From NCBI GenBank assembly GCA_050633305.1, contig JBOEGF010000012.1:98385-162384 (forward strand): a stretch of DNA of 64,000 nucleotides, read 5' to 3'. Position 1 is the stretch's first letter. Each line of letters begins with the position of its first letter. The notes under the pieces were generated by a model that was given only the letters and a program-made list of their open reading frames with translations, did no database searches and was not told where the DNA came from. Both the position numbers and the translations under genes were made by a program. Origin of the DNA: Nannocystales bacterium. GTDB taxonomy: Bacteria > Myxococcota_A > Polyangia > Nannocystales > Nannocystaceae. Positions 32,981-45,075 of the stretch are shown piece after piece.

Positions 32981-35900
32981 TCAGGGGTCTTTGACGGGGC
33001 CTGCGGGCACATCGAAGCCGCCGCCGCCGGGGGTCTCGATCCGGATCGTGCTTCCCGCAGGCAGCGCCTCGGAGAACCGGCCGCCCCGCGGCGACCCGTC
33101 GATCAGGGTCAGGCCGGCGGATCCCGGGCTTCCTCCGGCCAGCCCGAAGGGGACGGACCGACGGCGATCGGACAGCATCGAGACCCGCAGCGGCCTCAGC
33201 AGCGTGTACTCGCGGACGACGCCATCCCCACCTCGATGCCTCCCGGCGCCTCCCGAGCCGCCGCGCAGCGCAAACCTCTCGAGTCGGACCGGAAAGCGAA
33301 GCTCGAGGGTCTCCGGGTCGGTGATCCGCGTGTTGGTCATGTGGGTGTGGACGCCGTCGCGTCCGTCGGCGGTCGCGGTCGCGCCATCACCACCGGCGAT
33401 CGTCTCGTAGTAGCCGAAGCTCCCATCGCCAAACGTCAGGTTGTTCATCGTTCCCTGGCTGGCGGCCTTGCGACCAACCGCCGCGAGCAGGACGTCGACG
33501 ACCCGTTGAGCGGTCTCGACGTTGCCGCCCGCGACCGCCCGGTCGGGCTCGGGATCGAGCAAGCTGTTACGAGGGATGGTGAGGGTGATGGGCTCGAGGC
33601 ATCCGCGGTTGAGCGGGATGGGTTCTCCGACGAGCGAGCGCAGGACGTACAACACGGCGGCGACCGTGACCGCGCGTGGGGCATGGAGGTTGTGTTCCCC
33701 GCAGTCCGAGGTGCCGGTGAAGTCGACGTGCAGGTGCTCGCCGTCCCGCCGTAGGGTCACGGTGATACACAGGCCATCGTCGGTGATGTCCTCGAAGTTC
33801 GCGTGTTCGAACGGGAGCTGGGCTATCGCTTGGCGGACGGCGTGCGCAGCGTGGGCCTGCACGTGTCGCATGTGCGCATGGACCACGGTGGTGCCGACCT
33901 CCTCGCACAACCTGTGGAGCAGGGTGGCTCCTGTACGGTTCGCCGCGACCTGTGCCTGAAGGTCGGCGAGGTTCTCCGCTGGGCGCCGGGCCGGGTGGGG
34001 GCCACTGTCCAGCACAGCTCGCACCGCGGCCTCGTCGAGTTGGCCGCGGTGAACGATCCGGGTTCCGCGAAAGACGACGCCTTCTTCGTCGAGTCTGGTG
34101 GCATGCGGCGGCATGCTTCCCGGGGAGACTCCACCCACGTCCGCGTGGTGTCCTCGGGAGGCGACATAAAACGAGACCGAGTCTTGCTCGAAGACCGGCG
34201 TGACGACGGTGATGTCGGGAAGGTGGCTGCCGCCCGCGGTCGGGTCGTTGGTGGCGAACACGTCTCCGGGGCTCGGGTTGGGATGTGCCGCGGCGATGGC
34301 CTCGACCGAGGCTCCCATGGCGCCGAGGTGCACGGGCATGTGTGGGGCGTTGGCGACGAGGCCTCCGTCCCGGTCGAACACGGCGCAGGAGAAGTCGAGC
34401 CGCTCGCGAATGTTGGTGGAGACCGAGGTCCGTCGCAGGACCTCACCCATCTGCTCCGCAATCGCCATGAACCGGCCGCCCATGACCTCGAGGGAGACCG
34501 GGTCGCGGTCGGTGCCGACCTGGGGTCCCGAGCCGGGTTCGGTGTCTTCGAGGATGACGATGTCGTCGGGGCCGTGACGCAGCCGCCAGCCCGGCTCGAC
34601 GACGAGGGTGCCGGTGTCATCCAGGACCAGGGCGGGGCCGTGCAGCGTCGACGGGAGCCGCTCCCGGTCAAAGAGGGGGGCGTCGACCCAGGTGCCGCCG
34701 TAGCGTAGACGGGTGTGGCCGGTCGAAGCGGCGTCGCGTGGCGCCGTGGGCGTGGACGGGTCGTCACCGGTCTCGATGCGCAGCTCGAGTCGAAGGGCTG
34801 CGATCTCGACGGGGTGTCCGGCGCGCTCGTATCCGAACTGGTCAGCGTGACGCTGGGCAAACGCGACGGTCAACGTCGGGGCGTCATCCCACGGGAGCTC
34901 CAAGGTCGTCTGGGTTCCGGCGTACCGCAGCGAGACCGTACGAACCGCATGCGCGACGGAGCCCAAGGCTTGTTCCCCCTCCTCGCGCATCGACTCGAAC
35001 TGCGGGCTCAGCTCGTCGAGAGACGCCTGCTGCAGCTGGCGTCCCTGGCCATCACGTTCGCCATGCCAGGTCTGCGCCGCACGTCCGATCCCCCAGGCGG
35101 ACAAGACCCCGCCGAGCGGATGCAACACCAGCGTGCGAACGCCCAGAGCCCGCGCCACGGCGCACCCGTACTGCCCGCCGGCGCCCCCGTACACGACCAT
35201 GGCGTGTTGGCGGACGTCGTGACCCCGGGCGACGGTTACAACGCGAATCGCACGCGCCATGTTCTCGACCGCGATCGACAACAGACCTTCGGCGGCAGCT
35301 TCCACCGACATCCCCGCGGTCTCGGCGAGGGCGGCGACCCCCGTCTGGGCGCGAGCGAGGTCCAGCGGGAGGGGAAACCGATGCGGCGGGATGCGGCCGA
35401 GCGTCGCCGCAACATCGGTCAACGCGGGCTCGTGAGCATCGGGGTGCCCGTAACACAGAGGCCCCGGCTGTGCCGATGCACTGTGCGGCCCGACGGTGAA
35501 CCGCAGTCCGTCGAAGCGACACAGCGAACCGCCCCCGGCCGCGACGGTGTGAATGGCCACCATCGGGGTTCGAATCCGGACGCCCGCCAGCTCGGTCTCG
35601 TGGTCACGCTCCACCGTGCCGCCCCACCGCAGCACGTCGGTGGAGGTCCCGCCCATGTCGAACCCAATGAGCTGGTCCAACCCGAGCGTCTTGCCAAGCG
35701 CCGCACAGGCGACCGCACCGCCCGCGGGTCCGGAGAGGACGGCATCCTTGCCTCGAAAACGGCCCGCGTCGGCGAGACCGCCCGAGGACTGCATTACGGA
35801 GACGGTGCTGCCCGGCAGTTGAGCCCGTAGATGATCCAAATAGCGCAGCAGAGGCCCGGTGGTGTACGCGTCGACCACGGCGGTGTCGGCCCGGGCCAAC

Positions 35901-36487
35901 AGACCAGGGGTGGTCGAGACCTCGGTGGATGCGACCACGCATCGGAATCCGTGGCTCCGGATCCTTTGGGCCAAGGTGCGCTCGAAGCTCGGGTTCGCAT
36001 GCGCGTGGAGCACGACCAGGGCCACGGCGTCGAACCCCTCGGAGCGTAGGGTCTGGCAGTCCTCGTCCAACGCCTGCAGATCGGGGCTTGCCAACACGCC
36101 GCCGCGTGCATCGAGTCGGGCATCGAGCTCGAGCACCCGGGTCGGCAAGGGACGAGGTTGTTTGAGGTCCAGCGCGAACAGGTCGGGACGACTCTGATCG
36201 CCGAGTGTCAGCAGGTCGCGAAACCCTCGGGTGATGAACAGCGCGCTCGCTTCGCCCCGCCGCTCCAGCAACGCGTTGGTCGCCAGCGTCGTCCCGAGTC
36301 GGAGTTCGCAAGGGGGCAGGGGGGCGTCGGGCCCGAGATTCTGCATCGCGCGCATCGCCTCGAGCGGCGCGTCGTCGCTGGAGAGCAGCTTGACGACGTG
36401 CGTGGTTCCGGTCCGCGGGTCGATGCCGATGCAGTCGGTAAAGGTGCCGCCGCGGTCGATCGAGAACCGCCAGCGATGCTCAGCCAT
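32981..36487 (-). CDS. 5-oxoprolinase / fused hydantoinase A-B
   Basis: [69 protein letters not shown]. Confidence 0.95.
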   Translation of the reverse strand: MAEHRWRFSIDRGGTFTDCIGIDPRTGTTHVVKLLSSDDAPLEAMRAMQNLGPDAPLPPCELRLGTTLATNALLERRGEASALFITRGFRDLLTLGDQSRPDLFALDLKQPRPLPTRVLELDARLDARGGVLASPDLQALDEDCQTLRSEGFDAVALVVLHAHANPSFERTLAQRIRSHGFRCVVASTEVSTTPGLLARADTAVVDAYTTGPLLRYLDHLRAQLPGSTVSVMQSSGGLADAGRFRGKDAVLSGPAGGAVACAALGKTLGLDQLIGFDMGGTSTDVLRWGGTVERDHETELAGVRIRTPMVAIHTVAAGGGSLCRFDGLRFTVGPHSASAQPGPLCYGHPDAHEPALTDVAATLGRIPPHRFPLPLDLARAQTGVAALAETAGMSVEAAAEGLLSIAVENMARAIRVVTVARGHDVRQHAMVVYGGAGGQYGCAVARALGVRTLVLHPLGGVLSAWGIGRAAQTWHGERDGQGRQLQQASLDELSPQFESMREEGEQALGSVAHAVRTVSLRYAGTQTTLELPWDDAPTLTVAFAQRHADQFGYERAGHPVEIAALRLELRIETGDDPSTPTAPRDAASTGHTRLRYGGTWVDAPLFDRERLPSTLHGPALVLDDTGTLVVEPGWRLRHGPDDIVILEDTEPGSGPQVGTDRDPVSLEVMGGRFMAIAEQMGEVLRRTSVSTNIRERLDFSCAVFDRDGGLVANAPHMPVHLGAMGASVEAIAAAHPNPSPGDVFATNDPTAGGSHLPDITVVTPVFEQDSVSFYVASRGHHADVGGVSPGSMPPHATRLDEEGVVFRGTRIVHRGQLDEAAVRAVLDSGPHPARRPAENLADLQAQVAANRTGATLLHRLCEEVGTTVVHAHMRHVQAHAAHAVRQAIAQLPFEHANFEDITDDGLCITVTLRRDGEHLHVDFTGTSDCGEHNLHAPRAVTVAAVLYVLRSLVGEPIPLNRGCLEPITLTIPRNSLLDPEPDRAVAGGNVETAQRVVDVLLAAVGRKAASQGTMNNLTFGDGSFGYYETIAGGDGATATADGRDGVHTHMTNTRITDPETLELRFPVRLERFALRGGSGGAGRHRGGDGVVREYTLLRPLRVSMLSDRRRSVPFGLAGGSPGSAGLTLIDGSPRGGRFSEALPAGSTIRIETPGGGGFDVPAGPVKDP

Positions 36488-37007
36488 CCGCTCCTGCATC
36501 ACGGGCCCGGTACTGACCCACGCGTTTGACGTACTCGCGCCAGGAGAACTCGATCGACTCGTGGTCCGCCGGGGTGCACGTTCGCAGCACCCTCATCGGG
36601 TTTCCGATGACGACCGTGCCCGCTTCGACGCGTTTCCCCGGAGGGATCACCGCGCCGGCGCCCACGATGCACCCCGGCTCGATGACGGCGTTGTCGAGGA
36701 TGATGCAGCCCATCCCGATGATGCAGTCGTCTCCGACCGTGCAGCCATGCAGGATGACCCGATGCCCGACGGTCACCCGGTCGCCCACCGTGGTCGTGGA
36801 GAGACCCTCGGTGTTGTGAACGACGGTCCCGTCTTGAATCGAGCTGCGCGTGCCGATGCGGATCGGGCCGTCGTCGCCTCGGAGGGTCGCGGTGGGCCAA
36901 ACGCTGGACAGGGGCCCGAGCGTGACCTCGCCGATGACCACGGCGGTGGAATGCACGAAGGCGTCGGGGTCAATCTGCGGCTGATGGCCCTCGAACGGCT
37001 CGTGCAT
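36480..37007 (-). CDS. Gamma-carbonic anhydrase family protein (YrdA/CaiE-like)
   Basis: Hexapeptide repeats, LRGD, IQD..VVH, VGH...LHGC. Confidence 0.92.
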   Translation of the reverse strand: MHEPFEGHQPQIDPDAFVHSTAVVIGEVTLGPLSSVWPTATLRGDDGPIRIGTRSSIQDGTVVHNTEGLSTTTVGDRVTVGHRVILHGCTVGDDCIIGMGCIILDNAVIEPGCIVGAGAVIPPGKRVEAGTVVIGNPMRVLRTCTPADHESIEFSWREYVKRVGQYRARDAGADG

Positions 37008-37044
37008 GATGCCGTGTCGTATCACGTCCAAGGTGCGCTCGCCG

Positions 37045-37623
37045 CTACGCCTGGTCTTCTTCGCGCAAGCGGATCGGTCCGACCAGATCGTTCTTGTACC
37101 CCTTGGCGTCCATGGGTTCGTAGAACCCTCGAATCGCGTCCATGTCGGCCTTGAGGTCGCCGGTCGGCATGATCGGCGGCCCGAACCCGCCGCGCTTTTT
37201 CCCGAAGTCCAGGTACGAAGGGATGATCGGAACGCCGGCCCCTACGGCGATGTGCCAGAAGCCGGACTTCCAGTGGTCCCGGTAGCTCCGCGTGCCCTCA
37301 GGAGGGATCATCAGCGCGAGCGAGTCCCGGCTCTCGAACTCGTCGACCATCTGCTGCACGACGCCGTTGGCCTTCGTGCGATCGATGAACACCCCGCCCA
37401 CTCCCCGCACCACGGATCCGAGCACCGGCTTGTTGACGGCGTCTTTGACCATCCACGACATCTCGAGCCCCATCTGCGCGGCCATCATGACCATCATGAT
37501 CCCGTCGAGGTTTGAGCTGTGGGGCCACGCAAGGCCGACGAACTTCTTGGCTTCGGGCCGCTCGGTGATCGTCCAACCAAGGGCGCGCAGGGAGAGCCGA
37601 GACGGAAACGCCAGCATCGACAT
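37045..37623 (-). CDS. PlsC-like 1-acyl-sn-glycerol-3-phosphate acyltransferase
   Basis: PHSSNLD (HxxxxD), FIDR, PEGTRS, WKSGF. Confidence 0.9.
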   Translation of the reverse strand: MSMLAFPSRLSLRALGWTITERPEAKKFVGLAWPHSSNLDGIMMVMMAAQMGLEMSWMVKDAVNKPVLGSVVRGVGGVFIDRTKANGVVQQMVDEFESRDSLALMIPPEGTRSYRDHWKSGFWHIAVGAGVPIIPSYLDFGKKRGGFGPPIMPTGDLKADMDAIRGFYEPMDAKGYKNDLVGPIRLREEDQA

Positions 37624-37657
37624 GGTCGTGCTGGCGTATCACGGGCGGTGTTTGCGT

Positions 37658-38632
37658 TCAGCCAGAATACGCACGCGCGAGGGCGGCGTTGACGAGGGCT
37701 GAGCCACTGTACGCGGCCGTCTCCGGGTCTCCTGCGCCCAGCGACGCGCTCCCGAGCGTGGCGGAGATTCCATCCTTCGCCAAGCCGTCCTGGAGTCGGT
37801 CTCGGAGCACATCGGTCCCTTCCTCGTCGGTCTCGGGGAGCAGCATCACGAACGTGTCGCGGTTGTAGCGAGCGACGATGTCGACGTCCCGAGAGGTCCC
37901 GGTGAGCTGGCGAGCGATCCGGCCCGCGACGGCGTCGCGCTCGGCCGCGACGGGGGCGTAGACGACGATGATCGACAGCGGGCGGTCGTAGCGGTGTGCT
38001 CGAGCGGCCTCGGTCGGAAGCCGGTCCTTGAGGTACGCAGGCGTGTAGACCTGGGTCACGGGATCTCGTGCGTCGATCTGCCCACCAACGGGTTGGTTCG
38101 CGGCCGGAGCTTGCGGTCGGTCTAGCACCGGGTCGGTCGAGGCGTAGTGCGAGTGCCCAAGCCGCACCAGCAGGTGCGTTCGAGCCAGCAGTTCGACCTC
38201 GGTGGCACCGAGCCGGAAAAAGTCGCAACCCGTTCGGGCGTACGCTTCATCGATGACGCTCGAGGGCGCGTACTCCCCGACCAAAGCCACCAGCGGGACA
38301 TCCTTGGTCTTGGGATCGTTGGCGAGGAGCTCGATTGCCCGCAGGCACAGGGGCAGCGGCTGGTCGAGCGTCACGTAGATCACGTCCGGGCCGTAGGTCG
38401 CCGCGGCGAGCGGGAGGTGGGACGGGGCTCGGGTGATCGGCAGGCGGCCGATCATGTAGCCCGCGCCGCGCAGGCACTGTTCGGCCGGCGTGTCGCTCGC
38501 GGCTCCGGTCCGCACGTGCAGCACTCGGCCGCGACCCGTGTGCGTCGAGAAGTCCCGAAGCTCTTCGGCGGTCCAGAAAGGACTGTCGATGGCGATTTCC
38601 AACGGACGGACGGCTGCTTCGATCGGGCCCAC
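37658..38632 (-). CDS. Pseudo-receiver plus degenerate GGDEF domain protein
   Basis: REC-like PDVIYVTL...PKTKDVPLVAL; D-P-V-T, RDVD I-site, ARYNRDTF in place of GGDEF. Confidence 0.8.
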   Translation of the reverse strand: MGPIEAAVRPLEIAIDSPFWTAEELRDFSTHTGRGRVLHVRTGAASDTPAEQCLRGAGYMIGRLPITRAPSHLPLAAATYGPDVIYVTLDQPLPLCLRAIELLANDPKTKDVPLVALVGEYAPSSVIDEAYARTGCDFFRLGATEVELLARTHLLVRLGHSHYASTDPVLDRPQAPAANQPVGGQIDARDPVTQVYTPAYLKDRLPTEAARAHRYDRPLSIIVVYAPVAAERDAVAGRIARQLTGTSRDVDIVARYNRDTFVMLLPETDEEGTDVLRDRLQDGLAKDGISATLGSASLGAGDPETAAYSGSALVNAALARAYSG

Positions 38633-38691
38633 AGCCCAGGTATCGTCCGCGAGCCGTCCTACTTGAGGACTACTTGCTGGCTCCTTGATGG

Positions 38692-40041
38692 CTACTTGAT
38701 TACGAGCATGTAGACCGCTGCGCCCGCGCCGGCAGCGATGAGCAGCAACACGGCCAGCATGGGCATGAGCGAGCGCCCTGCACCTGCGCCAGCCCCTGCA
38801 CCACCTGCGTGCGGCACGCTCGGGTGGCCGCCGGTGCGGTGGATACTGCCCTCGGGCGCGGTGGTGCTCGAAGACGCCGCAGGGGGCGGTGTCGGCTCGT
38901 TGTCCGGGGAGGACGCGGGTCCCGCGTCGAACTCGTCCAGCGCCAACGGAGTCGCAGGATCGTAGTTGATCGGCATGTTGCCGGCCATCAGGGAGTCGAG
39001 CGGCTGCGAACCGAGCTCCGGTGCGTCGGAGTCCTCGTCGATCGACTTGAAGGTGGTGAACTCCTCCTCGATCAGCCGGAGGATGACGTTCCCCTGCTCC
39101 TCGGGCTTCTTCTGGGGGGCCGGTGCAGGCTCCTTCTGACGCATGTCGTCCAGAAGCGTGCGCAGTGTACGCGCGCTGACCTTGAGCTTGCGCGAGAACA
39201 GAAACCCCAGGAGATCGTCGGCGAAGTCGGAGGCGTTTTGGTAGCGGTCCTTCGCATCCCGGGACAGCGAGCAGCGAATGATCTCTTCGAGCTCGGCCGG
39301 GATCTCCGGGTTGATCGCCCGCATCGACGGGATCTCAGCCGCGCGGACGTTTTGGACTGTGTCGTAGTCGGTGTCGGCCAGGAACAGCCGCTGACCGGTG
39401 AGCATCTCGTACGCGAGGATTCCGACCGCGAAGATGTCTGCTCGGTGATCGACCGCCTCGCCGTGTGCCGCCTCGGGCGCGAGGTAGGCGAACTTGCCCT
39501 TCACGACGCCGGGATCGGTGGATTCGAGCTGGGTGCTCGCCTTGGCCAGACCGAAGTCGGTCAGCTTCACCTCGCCGTTCCACGATACGAGGATGTTTGG
39601 GGGGGAGATGTCGCGGTGGACGATGGCGAGGCCGTCGCCCGTGTTGGGGTCGCGCAGTTCGTGCGCGTAGTCGAGCCCCTTGAGGATCTCCCCGACCACC
39701 CAACAGGCCAACGGCACAGGCATGGGCCTGCGGTACTTGGCCAGGTACTGGAGGATGAACTTGAGGTTCGTCCCCTCCACGTACTCCATGACGATGAAGT
39801 ACGCGTTGGCGCTCTTGCCGATGTCGAAGACGCTGACGATGTTCGCGTGGTTGAAGTTCAGCGACAGCCGAGCCTCGTCCAGGAACATTCGAACGAACCG
39901 CTCCTCTTTGAGGAGGGCCGGAAGGATGCGTTTGATCGCGACCTTCTTGGTGAAGCCCGCTACTGACTCCGCCTCGGCCACATAGACCTCGGCCATGCCT
40001 CCGGAGTCGAGCTTGTACAGTGGGCGGTAGCGGTCGGCCAT
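38692..40041 (-). CDS. Hanks-type Ser/Thr protein kinase with C-terminal TM helix
   Basis: GGMAEVY, VAIKRI, HRDISPPNIL, DFGLAK, YLAPE. Confidence 0.95.
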   Translation of the reverse strand: MADRYRPLYKLDSGGMAEVYVAEAESVAGFTKKVAIKRILPALLKEERFVRMFLDEARLSLNFNHANIVSVFDIGKSANAYFIVMEYVEGTNLKFILQYLAKYRRPMPVPLACWVVGEILKGLDYAHELRDPNTGDGLAIVHRDISPPNILVSWNGEVKLTDFGLAKASTQLESTDPGVVKGKFAYLAPEAAHGEAVDHRADIFAVGILAYEMLTGQRLFLADTDYDTVQNVRAAEIPSMRAINPEIPAELEEIIRCSLSRDAKDRYQNASDFADDLLGFLFSRKLKVSARTLRTLLDDMRQKEPAPAPQKKPEEQGNVILRLIEEEFTTFKSIDEDSDAPELGSQPLDSLMAGNMPINYDPATPLALDEFDAGPASSPDNEPTPPPAASSSTTAPEGSIHRTGGHPSVPHAGGAGAGAGAGRSLMPMLAVLLLIAAGAGAAVYMLVIK

Positions 40042-40208
40042 TGCTTCGCGGGCGACGGTGAGGGGGGGACGTCGGACTCGGGACGTCGAACTCCACACGT
40101 CAAACGATGGAGAGTCCCGAGAGGCGCACCCCGTCGGGGTCGTGCGTCCTGGGGCACAGTGTATCGGAGTCGCCCCCGATCGGGGGGCCGTATTCGACGA
40201 AACTCGGC

Positions 40209-41294
40209 CTACGGCTGTGGCGTTGAGCGGTCGGTGGGTGCAGCCCGCGTCTCGCGTTCAGGGCGCGGTGGAGGGTCGTACGCCGACAGCTGAAGCCGAA
40301 TCGAGCCCACCCACATGTCGCTTTCCAGCACCAGTGGGATGCGCCGCGCGTCCGCGCTGACCCAGGCTCGGAGCGCAAAGGCTTTCTTGCCGGGGATCGG
40401 TTGGTCGTGTGCGTCGACGCGGGTCAGCTTCCCCTTGAGCTGCACAATGTCATCCGGGCCCAGCTCCAGCGCCCGGGTGATGCTGGGCAAATGCGCCGGG
40501 GCGCCGCGCCCGGTGGCCTCGATCTCCACCCGCATCAGCGTCGAACCGTCGACGACGTGAGCCTTGTATCGAGTCCCTGGCTCGAAGGGCAGCGTTCGCA
40601 CCCATGCCATCGCGGACATCGGGTCGAAGGTGTCGACCGGGACGGTCTTCAGCTTTCGCTTCACCTTGTCGTCCTTCGTGTCGACGATCCGGACCTGGCC
40701 GCGCCCCTCGTACTGCTGGTCGGTGACCCGGTGGCGATATTTGGGCGCAAATCCGTCGTAGTGGAGCGTGTTGACCGAGTGCACCGGCGCGCCGGTCTTG
40801 GCGTCGATCACCGACCGAATCTCGTCGGTCACCGTCGCCAGCATCGAGACCACGCCCGAGGTTCGCGCGCTGCCCAGGATCTCCAGTGTGGGGGCGCCCT
40901 CGGGCCCGCGACCCCGTGGATCGGGTTCACCTGCGACAATTTTCGCTTCGGCGAGCCCTGCGGGGTTCCCGGCAAAGTTGATGTCGAACCTGAATTTCTC
41001 GCCGGGGATGAGTTGGTGGCCAAACGGTGCCGGGACCTGGGTGCGAGGCACGCGACGCCGGCCATCGGAGAACGGCGTCCTCAGCGTCGCGCGGGTCCAG
41101 CTGGACGTGCTGCGGGCTGCGTCGGACTTGCGACCATCGCGGGGTTGGCCCACGACGGCGGGGGACCTGGTTCGTGGCAGGACGCTGCTGTCTCCCCACG
41201 TCGATCCGTGTCCGCCGGTTCCCCGTGGTGCGGCATGAGTTTCTGTCGCCAAGCCGCTGAGCAGGCAAGCGAACACGAGCGAGCGGCGACGCAT
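40209..41294 (-). CDS. DUF3108-like secreted protein
   Basis: Signal peptide; PGEKFRF, DPMSA, WVSADARRIP...GSIRLQL pattern. Confidence 0.75.
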   Translation of the reverse strand: MRRRSLVFACLLSGLATETHAAPRGTGGHGSTWGDSSVLPRTRSPAVVGQPRDGRKSDAARSTSSWTRATLRTPFSDGRRRVPRTQVPAPFGHQLIPGEKFRFDINFAGNPAGLAEAKIVAGEPDPRGRGPEGAPTLEILGSARTSGVVSMLATVTDEIRSVIDAKTGAPVHSVNTLHYDGFAPKYRHRVTDQQYEGRGQVRIVDTKDDKVKRKLKTVPVDTFDPMSAMAWVRTLPFEPGTRYKAHVVDGSTLMRVEIEATGRGAPAHLPSITRALELGPDDIVQLKGKLTRVDAHDQPIPGKKAFALRAWVSADARRIPLVLESDMWVGSIRLQLSAYDPPPRPERETRAAPTDRSTPQP

Positions 41295-41329
41295 GCCCTC
41301 GATGGTAGATTGCGCCGCACGAGCGCGCC

Positions 41330-42271
41330 ATGAGTCCCGCGACTGCAACGTCCCCTGCGCCTTTGGTCATCACGCAAGGGGATCCCCGCGGCGTGGGATT
41401 GGAGCTCCTCCTGCAACTGGCGGCCGAAGGGGTCTTCCGCGCCGCCGATCGTGTGATTGCCGACCCCGCGGCGTTGGCGGACCGGGCCGCGGATGTCCCG
41501 GCGAGTTGGGCGGCGCGCGGGTGGGCGGCGCTGGAGCCGTTGGTGGAGGGGGAAGCCGGCTTGCGGCAGACCGATGCGCTCGCTCGCGGAGTCGACGCGG
41601 TGCTGGAATCGCCGGGGAGCGCTCTGGTCACGGCGCCGATCGACAAGAAGGCGTGCCAGGACGAGGGTTTCGAGTTCCCCGGGCACACCGAGTACCTCGC
41701 ACACCGGGCCGGGGACTGCGAGGTGGCCATGCTGATGGCCGGCCCCGAGCTTCGTGTTGTCCTGGCGACCATTCACGTGCCGCTGTCGGAGGTCGCCCAA
41801 CGGCTGGACGCGGCGGCCGTCGTGCGAGCGGGCCGCCTCCTCGCGCTGGGGCTGCGCGCTCGCTTCGGCGTCGCGAAGCCTCGTGTTGCTGTGCTTGGCC
41901 TCAATCCACACGCGGGCGAGCGAGGCATGCTGGGCCACGAGGAGTCCACGGTCATCGCACCAGCGATCGCCCAGCTGCGCGTCATGGAGCCGTACGCGAG
42001 CTTCTCCGATCCTCTTCCCGCCGATACCGCGTTCGCTGCCCACCATCAGGGCCACTACGACGGCGTGGTCGCGATGTATCACGACCAGGGGTTGGGGCCC
42101 TTCAAGCTTCTTCACTTCCACGACGGCGTGAACGTGACGCTCGGTCTGCCTTTTGTCCGGACCTCGCCCGATCACGGTACTGCGCTCGACATCGCGGGCC
42201 GTGGCGTGGCCAATCCGGCGAGCATGCGGGCCGCGATCGGGCTCGCACGCGGGGAGTCCTTCGACCGGTGA
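41330..42271 (+). CDS. pdxA: 4-hydroxythreonine-4-phosphate dehydrogenase
   Basis: [43 protein letters not shown]. Confidence 0.95.
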   Translation: MSPATATSPAPLVITQGDPRGVGLELLLQLAAEGVFRAADRVIADPAALADRAADVPASWAARGWAALEPLVEGEAGLRQTDALARGVDAVLESPGSALVTAPIDKKACQDEGFEFPGHTEYLAHRAGDCEVAMLMAGPELRVVLATIHVPLSEVAQRLDAAAVVRAGRLLALGLRARFGVAKPRVAVLGLNPHAGERGMLGHEESTVIAPAIAQLRVMEPYASFSDPLPADTAFAAHHQGHYDGVVAMYHDQGLGPFKLLHFHDGVNVTLGLPFVRTSPDHGTALDIAGRGVANPASMRAAIGLARGESFDR

Positions 42272-45075
42272 GCGCCTCCAAGATCGTGATTCGGGGCGCA
42301 CGGACCCACAACCTCCGAGGAGTGGACCTCGACCTGCCTCGCGATGCTCTCGTGGTGATCACCGGCCCATCGGGCTCGGGGAAGAGCTCGCTGGCGTTCG
42401 ATACGATCTTCGCCGAGGGCCAACGGCGCTACGTAGAGAGTCTGAGCGTCGCCGCACGGCACGTCCTCTCTCAGCTTCCCAAACCGGAGGTCGACCTCAT
42501 CGAGGGGCTCTCTCCGGCGGTTGCGATCGACCAAGGTTCGCGACCCCGAAACCCGCGCGCCACGGTCGGCACGGTCACGGAAATCGACGACTACCTTCGG
42601 CTGCTCTACGCCCGGGTCGGGGAGGTGTTCAGCCACCGCTCAGGCGAGAAAATGCAGCGCCACACCATCGGGGACATGGTGGAGGCTGTGTTGGCGCTGG
42701 AGGATGGCACCCGCTTCTCTATCTTGGCGCCCGTCGTGGTCGGGCAGCCCGGAGACCACGCCGAGACGCTGGAGGAACTGAGGCGTGAGGGCTTCACACG
42801 GGTCGCGATCGACGACGAGGTCTGTGACCTGGGCGAGCCTCAGAGCTTGGACCCGAACGAGCGACACACCCTCGAGGTGTACGTCGATCGCCTCAAGCTC
42901 AAAGAAGGGATCCGAGGGCGTCTTGCGGACTCCTTGGAGATCGCCGCTCGTCTCAGTGGGGGGGTGGTCAAGGTCCTGACCGTGCCCGGAGACGTGGTGC
43001 GGTTCAGCGAACGGTTTGCCGATCACGAGCACGACCTGGCGTACCCCGAGCTGACGCCCAGCTTGCTTTCGTTCAACTCCCCTGCGGGTGCCTGTCCGCA
43101 GTGCGATGGACTCGGCACCCGGTTCACGCCGGACCTCTCCTTGGTCATTCCCGACGAAGGGCAGAGCGTTGAGGGGGGGGCCCTGGCACCGCTGACCGGT
43201 CGCGGCAGCGCCACGCTTCGAAAACAGGCCCTCGTTGTCTTGGGGAAAGCCGCGTCGTCACCGTGGCGACGCCTCGACGCACAGACCAAGCTCGTGATCC
43301 TCGAGGGGTCCGGGGCGGTTGTTCCCGAGGGCCTTCGCAAGCCGTTCGAAGGCGTCTTACCCTGGATGCGTCGCCGGCTCATCGACGAGGAAGAACTCGA
43401 AGACGACGAGCCGGACGTCGCGCGTGGCCTGCGGGGGTTTTTCACCGACACGGTGTGCGCGGCGTGCGAAGGCACCCGGCTGCGACTCGAGGCGCGGATG
43501 GTCAAGGTCGACGGGCATGGGTTGCACGAGGTCTCTCGTTGGCCATTGGCACAGCTGCGAGACTGGGTCGAAGGGCTGACGCTCGACGGTGCCGACGGGG
43601 AAATCGCCCAAGTCGTGCTCGCCCAGGTCAAGAAGCGGTTGGGGTTTCTGGACGGGCTGGGCTTGGGGTACCTGACGCTCGGACGCCGCGCGCGAACGCT
43701 CTCGGGTGGAGAGGCCCAACGCATCCGCCTCGCGACCCAGGTCGGGGCCGGGCTCGTCGGCATCACGTACATCCTCGACGAGCCGAGCATCGGACTGCAT
43801 CAGCGAGACAATGACCGTTTGATCGCCGCGCTGCAGCGTCTACGGGATCTGGGCAACACCGTGTTGGTCGTCGAACACGACGAGGACACGATGCGTGCCG
43901 CCGACTGGATCGTCGACATGGGCCCCGGAGCTGGTGTCTTGGGGGGCCAGGTCGTCGTCGCAGGAACGGTCGAAGAACTGTGTGCCCACCCCGAGTCTGC
44001 GACAGGGCGGGTGCTCTCGGGTCGCGACGTCGGTCCTGCCTCGGTCAAGCGCACGGGCAAGACCGCCAGCCTGGTCGTGCAGGGGGCCCGGGGCAACAAC
44101 CTCCAGGACGTCACGGCCACGTTTCCCGTCGGTCGGTTCACCTGCGTGACCGGGGTGAGCGGGTCGGGCAAGTCGAGCCTCGTCGTCGACACGCTGCTGC
44201 CCGAGGCGGCCCGGGTCCTCAACGGTGCGATGCGCCGCGGCCTGCCCCACGACGCGATCGTCGGCCTCGGACGCTTCGACAAAGTCGTGCATGTCGATCA
44301 GTCACCGATTGGTCGTAGTCCCCGCAGCAACCCTGCGACCTACACCGGACTGTTGTCCGACTTGCGGACCGTATTCGCTCAGCTTCCCGAGGCCAAGCTG
44401 CGTGGCTACGCACCGTCGCGGTTCTCGTTCAACGTCAAAGGGGGGCGCTGCGAGGTGTGCAAAGGGGAGGGCGTGCGCCGCATCGCGATGGACTTCTTGC
44501 CGGACCTCTTCACCGAGTGCGACACCTGCAAGGGGCGCCGCTACAACCCGGAGACGCTCGCGGTCACGCTGCGTGGCAAGACCATCGCGGACATCCTCGC
44601 CATGTCGGTCGCGGAGGCCTACGACTTCCTCGTGGTCTACCCGGCCATGCGGGCGAAACTCGAGGTCCTCCGGGATGTGGGGCTTGGGTATGTCCCCTTG
44701 GGGCAGAGTGCGCTGACGCTCTCGGGTGGCGAAGCCCAGCGCATCAAGCTGGCGCGAGATCTTTCCAAGAAGGCGACCGGGTCCACGCTCTACGTGCTCG
44801 ACGAGCCGACCACGGGGTTGCACTTCGTCGACGTCACCCTCCTGGTGGGCGTGCTTCAGCGACTCGTCGACGGTGGGAACACGGTGGTCGTGATCGAGCA
44901 CAACCTCGATGTCATCGCGCGGGCCGACCACGTGATCGACCTCGGGCCCGAAGGGGGAAGCGGCGGCGGTCAGGTCTTGGTGTCGGGGACGCCCGCCCAG
45001 GTTGCGAAGTGCGAGGCGAGTCACACCGGGCGGGTGCTCGGGGACGTCCTCGAACGACTCACTTCATCGCCGTGA
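42268..45075 (+). CDS. uvrA: Excinuclease ABC subunit A
   Basis: GARTHNL, two Walker A (GSGKSS), LSGGEAQRI x2, [15 protein letters not shown] overlap with pdxA. Confidence 0.97.
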   Translation: MSASKIVIRGARTHNLRGVDLDLPRDALVVITGPSGSGKSSLAFDTIFAEGQRRYVESLSVAARHVLSQLPKPEVDLIEGLSPAVAIDQGSRPRNPRATVGTVTEIDDYLRLLYARVGEVFSHRSGEKMQRHTIGDMVEAVLALEDGTRFSILAPVVVGQPGDHAETLEELRREGFTRVAIDDEVCDLGEPQSLDPNERHTLEVYVDRLKLKEGIRGRLADSLEIAARLSGGVVKVLTVPGDVVRFSERFADHEHDLAYPELTPSLLSFNSPAGACPQCDGLGTRFTPDLSLVIPDEGQSVEGGALAPLTGRGSATLRKQALVVLGKAASSPWRRLDAQTKLVILEGSGAVVPEGLRKPFEGVLPWMRRRLIDEEELEDDEPDVARGLRGFFTDTVCAACEGTRLRLEARMVKVDGHGLHEVSRWPLAQLRDWVEGLTLDGADGEIAQVVLAQVKKRLGFLDGLGLGYLTLGRRARTLSGGEAQRIRLATQVGAGLVGITYILDEPSIGLHQRDNDRLIAALQRLRDLGNTVLVVEHDEDTMRAADWIVDMGPGAGVLGGQVVVAGTVEELCAHPESATGRVLSGRDVGPASVKRTGKTASLVVQGARGNNLQDVTATFPVGRFTCVTGVSGSGKSSLVVDTLLPEAARVLNGAMRRGLPHDAIVGLGRFDKVVHVDQSPIGRSPRSNPATYTGLLSDLRTVFAQLPEAKLRGYAPSRFSFNVKGGRCEVCKGEGVRRIAMDFLPDLFTECDTCKGRRYNPETLAVTLRGKTIADILAMSVAEAYDFLVVYPAMRAKLEVLRDVGLGYVPLGQSALTLSGGEAQRIKLARDLSKKATGSTLYVLDEPTTGLHFVDVTLLVGVLQRLVDGGNTVVVIEHNLDVIARADHVIDLGPEGGSGGGQVLVSGTPAQVAKCEASHTGRVLGDVLERLTSSP

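Noticed and set aside
41293..42267. N-terminal extensions of uvrA (also clpB 60575-61090, crp 45776-46678, DUF1080 28701-29606)
   Set aside because: Overlap other genuine genes; homology and start signals begin further in
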